Part shown: piece after piece, positions 31,975 to 42,717 of the stretch | How positions within the stretch are numbered: the first letter of the stretch is position 1 | How the letters are laid out: the number at the start of each line of letters is the position of its first letter | Made by a program: the position numbers and the translations under genes | Assembly: GCA_977017575.1 (NCBI GenBank) | Contig: CDRNVI010000049.1 | Coordinates: 310,001-374,000, forward strand | Origin: Paramoeba atlantica | Taxonomy: Eukaryota > Protista > Discosea | Reading direction: 5' to 3' | DNA: 64,000 nucleotides | Notes under the pieces: model-generated | What the model saw: only the letters and a program-made list of their open reading frames with translations | Told to the model about the DNA's origin: nothing | Databases searched by the model: none

Positions 31975-32610
31975 CGTCCGTGCGCTGCAGTTCTGGGGTA
32001 GGCGTCCGACCTCCGCCCGTTGCAGGAAGTGCGCTTCACTTCCCTGAGCAGGTGCTAGTGAAGCATAACTTTTGGGTGGGGGTGTAAAATAAATAATTGT
32101 GAGAAATAAATAATTTGCGACCGCGATTGATGCGTGATCGATAAATCGACTCCTAAAACGTATTTTAGTGGCGGAGGTAGTTTTCAACGCTAAGCGCGCA
32201 GCATGAGTTGAAAACAACCACCATGTTTAACGAAGCCACTCAATATTAGAAATTTCCACCATGTTTACTGTACTTTTTGGTCAAAAAAAATTAGTCATTT
32301 TTTTCGGACATTTTTCCCCAAACGGCACTATAAGTGGGGGGGGGCACAGTAATTGTCCTTTTTGACGGAGTCTTGGGCACGAGGCGCTGCAAAGCAGCGC
32401 CGGTTTTTTTTGTATGTAAGACCATTATTGTACTACCCACCTTACGAACACCTTATTACATCTTATGATATTTAGCTCATTTGTTACTCCTTTGCATTTA
32501 TGGTTTTCGGAGATAGGGGCCAATTGCGGGCAAGTATGATGACTAGCCCTACCACCCAACCCCTTTCATCTCGCTGAAAAATGGCGCCTTCATCTGAGGG
32601 GCTGCGAGTA

Positions 32611-33476
32611 TGATCTCGCGTGATCTCACGTGATCTCGTTTTGGACCTCATGCGCAGCCTCTCAACTCTCCCCCTTCCGGAAAATGGCAACACCCCCGAT
32701 GATTTTACTTCATCGCTCTCCCTTCCTGGAAATGGCAACCTTCACCCTGAGCTCCATTTATCGGACACGGGAACGCCCTCGGACAAACAACGTGTTTCTG
32801 ATCCTCTGGAGCGTTGAGTGACAATACCGCCTTCTGCCCCTCGGGTAGGGCCTCTACCCGAGGCCTAAAATCCTCTAGTGAGTTCCATCGTGAACACTGT
32901 TTTCTCCATTGCCCCCCACCAATAAGAGATATCATACGCAAATAAGGGTTCAACAAAAGTTGAACATACAGTTGTATATGTATGTCATTCTACAGCATCG
33001 TTAATCAATGGTTGTGTGAGAAATATTATATCAACGTTCGTACAATATCGCAAAATAAAATAAATGGGGTCCCTTTCTATCAAAGTAGTTACAATAACGG
33101 TGGCCAAGACATAAAGCTAGAGGGAGGTTTTAACAGTAAGAGGTAACTCTGCATGAAAAAAGTTGAAGAGAACCTTTTTGAGCACGCAGAAAATCACAAG
33201 GAAATGGTCTGGAGATCACTGCAGACCAGTGGAGATCTCTGGATTTTCACCTCTACGCACCTTCGCTTTCCCCATTACCCACTCATGAAGGACAAAGAAA
33301 TATCATAGTGAGAATGAAAAAAGAAAGAAAGCAATGATTCAACTGACTACAAGTAACTAAGACAAAGGGCTGTTACACAAAAAAAGTAAAACGATAAACT
33401 GGCACCGTTTCGCTGCGCGGTGTTTTTCTGATCGAGCGGCTTCTCTGCGAACCACTAGAGATAGCTGGAGATCACT
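32611..33476. mobile_element. Probable non-autonomous element remnant
   Basis: TGATCTC x3 at 10-bp spacing (32611-40); inverted TGGAGATC motifs at 33210, 33230, 33466; TTTTCACCTCTA end at 33244-55. Confidence 0.4.
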
Positions 33477-33907
33477 GAAGAGCACTTTTGTGCTCCCAAA
33501 GCGGCTACTTGCAGACTCTCCAATACCACACGGGCTATATTATCGCACACCTATGGGAGAACAAGAAAATCAGGAAAGAAAATTGTTGCAACTCAGCCTG
33601 TGGGCAAGAGCAGACAACAACGAAAAAAAAGATTACAGCAAGTATCACGCTAGAACCCTCCTCAGAGTAGCTTAGAAAAGAAAAGAAAAGAAAGAAATAC
33701 AGATGAGCACATCGCTAATCCTAAAAATAGAATTACGAGCGATTTTCTAAATATTAAACACAATGAAAAGGGCGAACGAACCAAGGTACGTAGAAAAAGA
33801 ATGAGCAGTATGAAAAAATTGATGAAGGAGCAACTTTCAACTACTCTTCTACAATTCATAGAATTTGTCCATCCAAATAGAGTAGTTCTGTTTATTCATA
33901 AGGCGAG

Positions 33908-35050
33908 TCAATAATTAAGTTCATACACTTGCAAATTTTTGCTTTCTTGCATGTCCGGTGAGAAAAAGAGAGAGTTGATTCTACAATCAGTTTTCAGTTC
34001 AGACGTTTCGCGTCTAGTATTAAAAGCATGCTCACTGGAAGGCAGCTCTCCAATATTATTTTTCGCATACCACTCTATTTGTGGTTTAATCTCATTCGAA
34101 TGAAACGCCATGTAATTTTCAATTTCTGTACCAACATACTCGGTAAATGATGTTTCCAAGGACCACGCACACGAAAAAAGCGGATAGAAACCAGCATGAT
34201 TAGACCAAGCTGAGTCGGAAGGATATGCCGATTGGTCATGTACTGGTGCCTTCTCGACACAAGGTGCCAAAATTATCCTTTCACAGGGCCAAACTGTGCT
34301 TTCGTCTCCATTTTTAGCCGTTGCACGAAAATACTTGTCGGCAAATCCGTACGGAAGAAACATCTTTCCAGGAGTCTGACACTTAAGTGCGTAACAAGAG
34401 GAAGCGCCGTCTCCTTTTATCGTGTGTGGTAGTGATTCAGATGAAAATTCGTCCGAACACGGAGCACTACGCATTGTACTGTTAACAGAAGGTGTAATAG
34501 TGCCGAATGCAGGCGCAGGATTCATGTTATGAGCCTCAGGCTCTGCTAAAGACATTACTTCAGGACCCTTCTCCTTGTTTTGAGCCCAGCTTGAAATGTA
34601 CTCCATTGTGTGTGATGCCCTCTTACGTTCCTTCCATCGTTTGTACGACACTTTCCGGCGTAATCCTTCCAAAACGTTTAACGGAGCAATAGAGACAGGC
34701 AACACATTTTCCGCAGAAGCAGAGTTTCGTGCTTTCCGCTCTAAAAGATCTTGATTGTATCGTGCAATTGCTTTGTCAGGGTCCCCATTCGCCAACAATT
34801 CTTCTAGCCCCGGATATTGTGCTGGGTATTTTGATCTCCTGAGCCTATGTAGATCAACGGACTCACATAATTTTCGTCGTTTTACAGTGCGCTTCTTTTC
34901 CACATTTGATTGCTCTTCGGTTCGTGCAGGCTCGCCTGATTTACCAGGAGGTCCTGTTGTCTGATACGTACCCCTATGGCATCCGTTCGGGTGATCCAAT
35001 TTGTGTTTTTGTTTGGCCACAGCTCGACTTCCACCCATCCACCTCAACAT
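33908..35050 (-). CDS. Hypothetical protein beginning MLRWMGGSR
   Basis: 380-aa ORF co-oriented with the cluster. Confidence 0.7.
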   Translation of the reverse strand: MLRWMGGSRAVAKQKHKLDHPNGCHRGTYQTTGPPGKSGEPARTEEQSNVEKKRTVKRRKLCESVDLHRLRRSKYPAQYPGLEELLANGDPDKAIARYNQDLLERKARNSASAENVLPVSIAPLNVLEGLRRKVSYKRWKERKRASHTMEYISSWAQNKEKGPEVMSLAEPEAHNMNPAPAFGTITPSVNSTMRSAPCSDEFSSESLPHTIKGDGASSCYALKCQTPGKMFLPYGFADKYFRATAKNGDESTVWPCERIILAPCVEKAPVHDQSAYPSDSAWSNHAGFYPLFSCAWSLETSFTEYVGTEIENYMAFHSNEIKPQIEWYAKNNIGELPSSEHAFNTRRETSELKTDCRINSLFFSPDMQESKNLQVYELNY

Positions 35051-35472
35051 TCTCTTTTAAAATATGTACTTTCTTAATTGCAGTTCATGAACCACAATGA
35101 GCGTAAGAGCCATCAAAACATAAAATAGACATCAAATGTGTGGGAGGCTACTTTGTCTACCCCCAGTTTCTTAATAGAAGTCGAAAAGTTATATTTTAAA
35201 ATTTCTTTAAGTAATTATGGACATACGGATTACGTTCAATCTCCTGTATGGGAGATTCAGACCCGTATCATGAGGCTTCCGCCTCCATAATGTGTTTTAC
35301 TTTAACCGACTTCGCAAGAAAGATGTAATAAAACAATGTCAAAGTAACTAAACATTGAGCATTGTACCGTTTAGTCACCTATTTACTTCACCTATCTCAA
35401 TCAATGTTTTTGTAGCTTGGGGGACACCCTGTTTGCAGAGCTTGTTTTTGGCGTTGTAACTTCCTTGTTATT

Positions 35473-37092
35473 CTACATGCTTCTATTTGTTGCCCGCGTG
35501 TTTAGCAAAACGTGTTGCTGTTCAAGATGGTCAAGTTGCTCGTATAAAGTTGTGAGATCATGGTGTGTTTCCCAATGACGCGACCAGTGATCACGCTGTT
35601 TTTTACCAAAAGCAAGTGAAGAAAAGTTTTGCGAGATGGAATCTACTTTCACCCGTTCACCATGTATGTTCGACTCGCTACGTTGTTCGAGAGCCTTTAT
35701 GGATTCAGAAATAGAACTAATTTTCCCGATTAGTTGAAATGCCGTGAGCTCTCGCTCCCTATGGGAAGTGAGTGAAGCCGTCATTGGATTCTTTGTTACG
35801 TGGGTTGCAATGGATTCACCTTGGACCAAATGTCGTAATGCCGTACAAATGGGAATGCGATTATCCTTATCTAGTGAGTGACTTTCTAACTGAGCCTTGC
35901 TACCAGAATCAATACCAAGATGAGACACTGTACTACAGTTATTGGACGGAGGTTGCTCCTTTCGTCGCTTTTCACGTTGCTGAAGAGCAGCGATCTTGTG
36001 TTGTTCTATAACATGAGCTCGTTCGCGCTTTTCCCTCTCTTGGGCTTGCGATAGAACTGTGGACCTAAGTTGCGTCAAAAGGGAAAGGCAAAACTGAGGT
36101 GAACAAAGATTGGATACTGGTCCTGGATTCTCAATTATTAGATAGGTTTCATCGAAATCTCGCTTGTACTGCGTGAAGCCAGAAAAAATAAGAAGTTCTG
36201 GACCTCCTTTGCGATCCCACACGTTGGTGCGAAAGGCTCGAGTGCTTAGTGGAATTCGAGAACAAGAGTTTTCAGCCAATTGCTTTAACGTTCTCTCGAA
36301 GCATCGAAAAAAAGAATCCAGGGTGGCATACTCTTCATCTTCCCAAATCTCACAAATAAATTTTGTTACGATTTTCTCAAATTCAGGTTCTTCAATATGT
36401 GGCTTTCGCAATACTGAATTCAACTGCAGACCATGACGAACATTCTTCAGTGCCGTTTGTAGCCGAAGTTCATCGCGCAATTGACGATCGGAGGAATCGT
36501 AAGTGTTCAATACAGATGCAGGTACGGTTCCACCACTCCATAGTTCAGTGTCAGAAAGTTTCTTCACCAGAAACGTTTCGTAACGTTTCACGTCAGAGAG
36601 GGCGTCGTAAATGCACATATGCTGCGTATCAAGAGAATACGACCACAATTCTCCGCTTTGTTCGAATTCTACCGAAGCAATCTCTGACGATTCAAAACCT
36701 ATACTTGAGAGGTACTCCCCTATTCTCGGAATGGTAAAGATATCTCTGCGTAGAATAGCGTTCGTGCTTTTCAGCTGGCGGACGCGCTCGAACATTCGAG
36801 AATCCGCCACTTCCGTGCTCCTGCAAGGATAATTCACAATGTTTTCTAGAATCCGTCGAAGAATTTGTGTTGCTCGCAACCTGAATTCTGCAGTGTGTTG
36901 TCTGTCGAAGATAGTTTCCCATTTCACAGTAGGTTTTACAAGAACCGTAGCTTCTTGAGAAGCTAACGTTGAAGCTCTTACTGAGTTCGTATCATTTAAG
37001 AGTATAGATTTCGCCTTAGTAAACTCTTCAGGGGTGAGAATGCCAGCCTCTTTCTGCTCCCACAGGAGACGAATATTTTCTGCAAGATTCAT
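35473..37092 (-). CDS. SHOCT plus PUB-like domain protein
   Basis: 539 aa; LWEQKEAGILTPEEFTKAKSILL (SHOCT); ILRRILENIVNYP..VRQLKSTN..YLSSIGF and LLIFSGF (PUB-like). Confidence 0.55.
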   Translation of the reverse strand: MNLAENIRLLWEQKEAGILTPEEFTKAKSILLNDTNSVRASTLASQEATVLVKPTVKWETIFDRQHTAEFRLRATQILRRILENIVNYPCRSTEVADSRMFERVRQLKSTNAILRRDIFTIPRIGEYLSSIGFESSEIASVEFEQSGELWSYSLDTQHMCIYDALSDVKRYETFLVKKLSDTELWSGGTVPASVLNTYDSSDRQLRDELRLQTALKNVRHGLQLNSVLRKPHIEEPEFEKIVTKFICEIWEDEEYATLDSFFRCFERTLKQLAENSCSRIPLSTRAFRTNVWDRKGGPELLIFSGFTQYKRDFDETYLIIENPGPVSNLCSPQFCLSLLTQLRSTVLSQAQEREKRERAHVIEQHKIAALQQREKRRKEQPPSNNCSTVSHLGIDSGSKAQLESHSLDKDNRIPICTALRHLVQGESIATHVTKNPMTASLTSHRERELTAFQLIGKISSISESIKALEQRSESNIHGERVKVDSISQNFSSLAFGKKQRDHWSRHWETHHDLTTLYEQLDHLEQQHVLLNTRATNRSM

Positions 37093-37265
37093 CCTAGAGT
37101 TGCAAATACACAGAGTACAATATACAGTAGAAACCGTACCATACTAAGCTTGGTATTTTTCGTTTAGTTTGCATAATTGAATTTACAATTTATATTGTTT
37201 AGATCAAGAAAAGAAACGAACGTTGATGTAAATGTACTACTCATATTCGAGTGTTAGCCTATAGT

Positions 37266-38663
37266 TTATCCAATCACATTAGCGACAATGAAGCAAACAC
37301 ACGTCAGACAAGCAAAGGCAAGCTCAATCCATAATCCATAAACAAAAAGTAGATGAACGGGGAATCCAAAGAAAGCCGCGTATCCTATATTGACGCTCAT
37401 TGAAAGCCATGTCCCAAGAATTTCCGGTTTCAATTCCGGTGCTAATTGCAGTCCGTAGAACGATATACCTGTAATCAAGAACCCTGTTCCAAGCCCAACA
37501 ACGGATACAAGGGAAGCGAACGTCAGCTTAATGCCTAAAAGGCTGTCCAATCTTGTCTCTGAAATGTGTGAGATACTTGCTGTAGCAAGAAGTGCGACAA
37601 AATTTATGGAAAGAACAGCAAACAAGCACTTAAAAACGTTTTCGCGAAGAAATCCGATTCGTGAAGAAAGCCCAAAAACTATATTTCCCAGAAGGTGGGC
37701 GAAACAATATGCGATTCCTATCCATCCTAAATCGGTGGAAGAGAATTTTTCGTGTAAGACAACTTGCAGGAAATTAGCGAGCGCAGAGCACAATCCGCAA
37801 TGCAGACCAACAGTGGGAACTAGTAAATAGAAATTCAAAGGTCTTTTGACAGGAAAAAGTCTTCGTAAAAATGCAAGTTCTCGAGCGCGGGTAGTCGAAG
37901 GTTCATGTTCGGTTCTTTCAGCAACGACCTGCACTCGACTGTATACGATTTTATTTTTCTGATCAATTTCCGGGCTACTATTCTCGTGATCAAACTGGTT
38001 TCGTTTACCTTCTACGGACAACGCGTTGCGTGCACCAAAAAGCTGCGCCTTCCTTTTTCCGTAATTCGGGCAATAAAGAATGCAGGCTAATGCTCCAATC
38101 CAAGAAGAGCCCGCCCTGAAATACAAAATTCGTGGGAAATGCGCTGGCGTAGAAGCTAGAAAGGGACCAACAAGTATCCACAGAGCTGTACCCAAGACAT
38201 TGGCACCCATAGAAAGGCTTAGAGGGGGTCCACGTGTATCCTCTGAAAACCATTCGGACACAAGTAATGGTGGAAGTGACATAACCGGTGCCGAAAGCAG
38301 TGCGTTGAATCCAAGAGAGAGAAATAAAATCGGGAATACCCAATAAGAATCTTTTAAGTATGAAGATGGTAGCCCACAAAGAATTGTACTAGAGAACGCA
38401 ACTATGAGGTGCGCGAGTCGAATATTAAATGCTTGTAATAACTGCATCTGTTTTTGGCTTTGATGCAGTAGGACGATAGATCCCATAAAGTAACCTATAG
38501 GACCTAGAAAAAGGGTCCACCGAATAATGTCTGGAGTAACCGATGGCAGGGCTCCCGTGACTACATCAGGATTCACGCAGCAAAAAGTGCACCATAATGC
38601 GCTATGGTTGAAAGATAATAATCCGAACAGGGAGGTCACGTACCAGGCTCTTGAAACTGTCAT
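37266..38663 (-). CDS. Major facilitator superfamily transporter (FLVCR-like)
   Basis: 465 aa with about 12 hydrophobic segments; EWFSEDTRG motif and a central hydrophilic loop. Confidence 0.75.
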   Translation of the reverse strand: MTVSRAWYVTSLFGLLSFNHSALWCTFCCVNPDVVTGALPSVTPDIIRWTLFLGPIGYFMGSIVLLHQSQKQMQLLQAFNIRLAHLIVAFSSTILCGLPSSYLKDSYWVFPILFLSLGFNALLSAPVMSLPPLLVSEWFSEDTRGPPLSLSMGANVLGTALWILVGPFLASTPAHFPRILYFRAGSSWIGALACILYCPNYGKRKAQLFGARNALSVEGKRNQFDHENSSPEIDQKNKIVYSRVQVVAERTEHEPSTTRARELAFLRRLFPVKRPLNFYLLVPTVGLHCGLCSALANFLQVVLHEKFSSTDLGWIGIAYCFAHLLGNIVFGLSSRIGFLRENVFKCLFAVLSINFVALLATASISHISETRLDSLLGIKLTFASLVSVVGLGTGFLITGISFYGLQLAPELKPEILGTWLSMSVNIGYAAFFGFPVHLLFVYGLWIELAFACLTCVCFIVANVIG

Positions 38664-39048
38664 GCAGCTCGAGATGGAAAGTCGTCTATTTCTTTATTCT
38701 TGGCATTCACACTCTTCTGTATCCTAGAGTTCATCTGCTAAAAGCACGATCGCCCACTAAGTTCAATTCAGTGTGTGCGAAAGACCATTTGGGTACCAAC
38801 CTAAAAAACGCTATTAGGTAAAATTAAAATCAGGCTCACCGGAGCATAAACCATGTACACGGATCTAAATGTCAAGCCACGTACATATTCGAATACATGT
38901 ATGTTTGAATTTTCCTCTTGATCACTTTCGAAAATATTTCACTAACGAACCATTAAATACTTTGTTAAAGAGCTAGTGTAAAGAGGCAGTGGGGTGTATT
39001 ACACACACCACCCCAATCCCCTCTTTCCTCCCTATTCACATCCCTCAA

Positions 39049-40764
39049 CTAATCTCCCGCTTCACTGGAGCTCACCCGCATCCCACTGCTCGCGCGTATC
39101 TCCCTCTCCGTATGCAGTAACGTAATATTACGCAACAACGGGGCGGGACCCGGGCACGTGGCAACCGTCACCACCCCCGGCGGGGAGGGCGCGACATCAC
39201 ACCCCCCCACCGTAGCACAGCCTCCCCTCTCCACGTAGTCCCGCACAAACCTCTGATGGTCCCTCCGCTGCGCCTGCACCACCGGAACCAGATTCGCCAC
39301 CCTCCTCCCCTCCCGACTCCGTTTCCCAAAACGGTCCTCCCTCCCCCCCACCCCTCCATAACCCCTTACGCCGCCCCCCTCCCTTGCCCCCCCCGCCGTC
39401 CCCCCCCTCCCCACCACCCCCACCACCTGCGCATTCGTCATGCGCTCACACCCCCTCACATCCACCTCCGGGAGCCCCCCCCGCACCAGCCCCTCCAGCC
39501 CCCTTGCCGTTACGTTCGGGCACCCCACACAGGAGACCCTACGAAGGGCACGTCGTACCGGCCCGTGGGGCTCCACGAGACGCCCCACCACGTCATCGTG
39601 GACCCGGGTGCCATCGAGGGTGAGCTCCACGAGGGTGGGGAGACAGCCCGCCCGGAGCAGCCGCGCAAACGAGCCCGGGGGGATGGCCTTGCAGCCGGAG
39701 AGGGAGAGCGCGGTGAGGGCGGGGGGGAGGTACCGGAGGGACTGGTCCGTGAGGGCCTCACAGTGGGTGAGGGTGAGCCGGTGGAGGGCGTGGAGCGCGG
39801 GGAGGGGGAGCATGCCGTGGGTGGTGAGTTGGAGCCACCAGGAGAGATCGAGGGCGTGGAGGGAGGCGGGGAGGGTGGGGGTGCGGGAGAGGAAGGTGTG
39901 GAGGGCGTTGTTGGTGAGTTCCGGGAGCGCGGCGAGGGAGAGGGCGGTGAGGTGGGGGAGGGTGGGGCAGAAGTGGAGGAGGAAGGCGTCGGTGAGTTTG
40001 AGGCAGCCGGAGACGTCGAGGGTGTGGAGGTGGTGCCCGGGGCGGGGGGTGGAGGGGGGGAGAAGGGGGGAGCAGCATGGGGGTGGGGGAGGGAGAAAGG
40101 CGTTGTCGGAGAGAGACTCGCATCGAGCGAGTTTGAGTGAGGTGAGGTGTGGGCTGTGGTGAAGGATGTGTTGAATCCATGTGTCGCGTATTTCAAGACA
40201 GTAGGAAAAGTCCACACAGGTTAAGTAGCATGACCATCTTAGGTTTGAGTTAAAGGGACAGAATGATAAGCTTGGATTCGATTCAATAGGGGTAGTCATA
40301 AAACCACCTTTTGAGAGAACAGGGTTGTGTGTAATATTTAGATGTTTAAGATTAGGGCATATATTTAGCAAAGTAAGCATCGCATCGTCCTCCATCACAT
40401 CGTCAACGTAAAGTACAGTTCGAGTAGATAATTCGTTGAAGCAAGTATTTCCTTCCTTTGATGACTCGATGTAACTTGCTATTTGCGTTGCGATTTGATC
40501 ACCAGTTGTTTGATCACTGATTCGTACGGATGAAGCTTGAGGAATTCGAATCGAAGACATATGCTGCAGAAGACCATCAGCAAGTCTACGTAGCAGGAAT
40601 GCCGTAGATTGAGCTTCTGAGGGAGAGACCTTCAAGTCTTCGGTGCCATTATTCGCTGAACAAGCATATTCGCTTTTCAGTCCTTGAATCCTTACATGCG
40701 CAGCTTCGTATGATAAACTGCGTATTTCTACGGCATCTAAGGAGCAAAATGCATGCTCATCCAT
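39049..40764 (-). CDS. Cys-containing leucine-rich-repeat (F-box/AMN1-like) protein
   Basis: Repeated LxxLxLxxCxxLTD units (LTSLKLARCESLSDNAF, LHTLDVSGCLKLTDAFL, LHRLTLTHCEALTDQSL). Confidence 0.8.
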   Translation of the reverse strand: MDEHAFCSLDAVEIRSLSYEAAHVRIQGLKSEYACSANNGTEDLKVSPSEAQSTAFLLRRLADGLLQHMSSIRIPQASSVRISDQTTGDQIATQIASYIESSKEGNTCFNELSTRTVLYVDDVMEDDAMLTLLNICPNLKHLNITHNPVLSKGGFMTTPIESNPSLSFCPFNSNLRWSCYLTCVDFSYCLEIRDTWIQHILHHSPHLTSLKLARCESLSDNAFLPPPPPCCSPLLPPSTPRPGHHLHTLDVSGCLKLTDAFLLHFCPTLPHLTALSLAALPELTNNALHTFLSRTPTLPASLHALDLSWWLQLTTHGMLPLPALHALHRLTLTHCEALTDQSLRYLPPALTALSLSGCKAIPPGSFARLLRAGCLPTLVELTLDGTRVHDDVVGRLVEPHGPVRRALRRVSCVGCPNVTARGLEGLVRGGLPEVDVRGCERMTNAQVVGVVGRGGTAGGAREGGGVRGYGGVGGREDRFGKRSREGRRVANLVPVVQAQRRDHQRFVRDYVERGGCATVGGCDVAPSPPGVVTVATCPGPAPLLRNITLLHTEREIRASSGMRVSSSEAGD

Positions 40765-41158
40765 CCTCAGAAAAAGATGAAAAGCATTTACTGTGTCTAG
40801 AAGAGTAAAGTTTCAAGAATTTATACAAGAAAAATATTAGATGAAGTAGATCATTCACAACAATGTACCTCGAGCTTAAGAGGGTTCTACGCTTCGAATT
40901 GAGATTGACAAAAGTACGACCGATTTTGAAGAACCATGTGATACATGTTTTGTACGTTGCATAGTAGTTCTATACATTGTATAGTACATGGGGGGGTTAC
41001 GGGTAGTGAGGTTTCAGCATAGAAAAAAGAATAAACTTTATTTGAGCCATAACGATGAAATTTCTTACATTTTTCTGACAGGCAACGAGGGACTATGCTA
41101 CAGGATCTGTGTCGCTCGGAAAGTGTACCCCGGGACAATATAAATTATCCTGGTTGTA

Positions 41159-42412
41159 TTACATCACTTTGATCTCTTTAGGTAACACAAGGCGTTCAGT
41201 AAGTATGCGATTGACATTGAGTCGAATAAGCGATTCTAGTTTTTCTTTACTGACTTCCCATTGTTTACCACCAACATTTGACTGTAGAGAGAAGTCCCAT
41301 ATCGGGGTGGAGAGAAGTGAAAGATAAATTTCTGTAGTTGTGCGTGATGTTTCCTCTTTGGGAACCCTATTTTTAGAAGACTGATTCCCATCTGTAGATG
41401 TCGAGTCTTGTTTTCTGTGCTTCCTCCAGAACCGCGTCTTTGGCATTGCTCTTTTAGGATTCCTCAGAGGGTCCGACGAGAGACGCTCGTCGTTCATTTG
41501 GTTACGATTACTTCGATCAAGGGCTGTGTAAATGCTAAAACGAAGAGCACCAAAGAACCTTAGTTCGGTAACACGAAACCGTACAGGTAGCAAGACAAGT
41601 CCAGAGACGTTAGTGGGAATAGCTACCTTTGCATGCCCTGCAATGGCAAAAGTTCCATCACTCTCAAAGAGGACTTCTAAATCCATTGATCGCTCCAGTG
41701 TTCTCTGTGTATGACTTGTATCCATTTCGGAATCAGCAGTCATGAACGGACCTTCCTTTGCAGAACTGTTGGAAAGATCGTCCGTAGAATCATCCATAGC
41801 ACCAAGATGATGAGAGTCGGTCAGTTTGGAATTATTCTGCGATGATCTACACGTAGAAATGTCTTCAATGCGCGGGATGCATTTTCCTAGCTTAATTTCG
41901 TCGAACATAACTTCAAAGACTTCCTGAGTGTCACGGCCCTTTCGGGACACATTTTCTGTTTTAGTACCATTGTTTTGAGCAGCCATCACAGAGTTTGCAA
42001 GTTGAAGAAGCTGATTTTCCGACGCAACGCAGAGCACGTTGTGTACGTAATATGACAGAAGATCGTTCAACCAGCGAGTCGTACTGTGTTCCGTTATAGG
42101 ATCAAAATCTTTAGAAAACAAAAACAACGGAAACATTGAACCTAAGTTTAAGGCGTTATGCCGGCTAGCTAACCTCTTACTTAGTAGCGAAGTGCGGGAA
42201 ATTTCAATTTGCTCTGATCCTTGCTTGACACGATTCGTTTTTTCACCCCTCGCGCTCTTTTTCTCAATGGAAGTTGTTTGTTCACTTTGTAGCAATAAAC
42301 TAGAAACTAGACCGGTTACAACAACTGCGGTTACAACAACTGAAAGAGATGTTGCAATAAGGTAACCCATGTAGGGCGATGCAGAGCGAAAAAGCTGCCA
42401 TATCAAATGCAT
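41159..42412 (-). CDS. SMP lipid-transfer domain protein with N-terminal membrane anchor (Mmm1/TEX2-like)
   Basis: N-terminal TM; TRWLNDLL, EIKLGKCIPRI, VTELRFFGALRF, LSTPIWDFSL, ERLVLP. Confidence 0.65.
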   Translation of the reverse strand: MHLIWQLFRSASPYMGYLIATSLSVVVTAVVVTGLVSSLLLQSEQTTSIEKKSARGEKTNRVKQGSEQIEISRTSLLSKRLASRHNALNLGSMFPLFLFSKDFDPITEHSTTRWLNDLLSYYVHNVLCVASENQLLQLANSVMAAQNNGTKTENVSRKGRDTQEVFEVMFDEIKLGKCIPRIEDISTCRSSQNNSKLTDSHHLGAMDDSTDDLSNSSAKEGPFMTADSEMDTSHTQRTLERSMDLEVLFESDGTFAIAGHAKVAIPTNVSGLVLLPVRFRVTELRFFGALRFSIYTALDRSNRNQMNDERLSSDPLRNPKRAMPKTRFWRKHRKQDSTSTDGNQSSKNRVPKEETSRTTTEIYLSLLSTPIWDFSLQSNVGGKQWEVSKEKLESLIRLNVNRILTERLVLPKEIKVM

Positions 42413-42717
42413 TTCTTATTTAACTTGAGTATCTTCGATTCAAAACTTTCGCACATGTTCTCTGAAATTCCTGTTTTTATAAATAACCAAATAAAAATAA
42501 CTGCAAATAAACAAGTAGAGCTTGTAAAATACTGTTTGTACAATGAATGCTTAGTACAACAAATAGGTAATTCAAGATATTTTTTTGGCAACGGAAAATG
42601 ATCGAAACAAGGGCGCGATCAGATCTCCATATTTAACCGGCAAGCATAACCAAAAAAACGAGTTCGATGAAGAGACATTGATGAACATTTCACAATCAAA
42701 TCGTTGTCCCTGTTTTC

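Larger units (their letters stand above)
15931..32349. mobile_element. Outer TA-flanked TIR element enclosing nested insertions (16.4 kb)
   Basis: Perfect 27-bp TIRs CTGTGCCCCCCCCCACTTATAGTGCCG (15931-15957 / 32323-32349); TA at 15929-30 and 32350-51; second 25-bp inverted match at 16074-16098 / 32143-32167. Confidence 0.75.

Noticed and set aside
32383-32412. GC hairpin plus T-run as a Rho-independent terminator
   Set aside because: Eukaryotic context; similar hairpins occur at element ends in both orientations
15871-33480. Polinton/Maverick or endogenous virus
   Set aside because: No PolB, packaging ATPase, capsid or retroviral-type integrase motifs; the content resolves into separate nested elements
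37108-37140. Resemblance to the spliced-leader exon on the minus strand (ACGGTTTCTACTGTATATTG)
   Set aside because: Several mismatches in the conserved core, no GT donor or Sm site; lies just upstream of a protein gene
39168-40217. Overlapping Pro-, Gly- or Glu-rich ORFs on both strands
   Set aside because: By-products of stop-poor skewed DNA; the LRR frame explains the region
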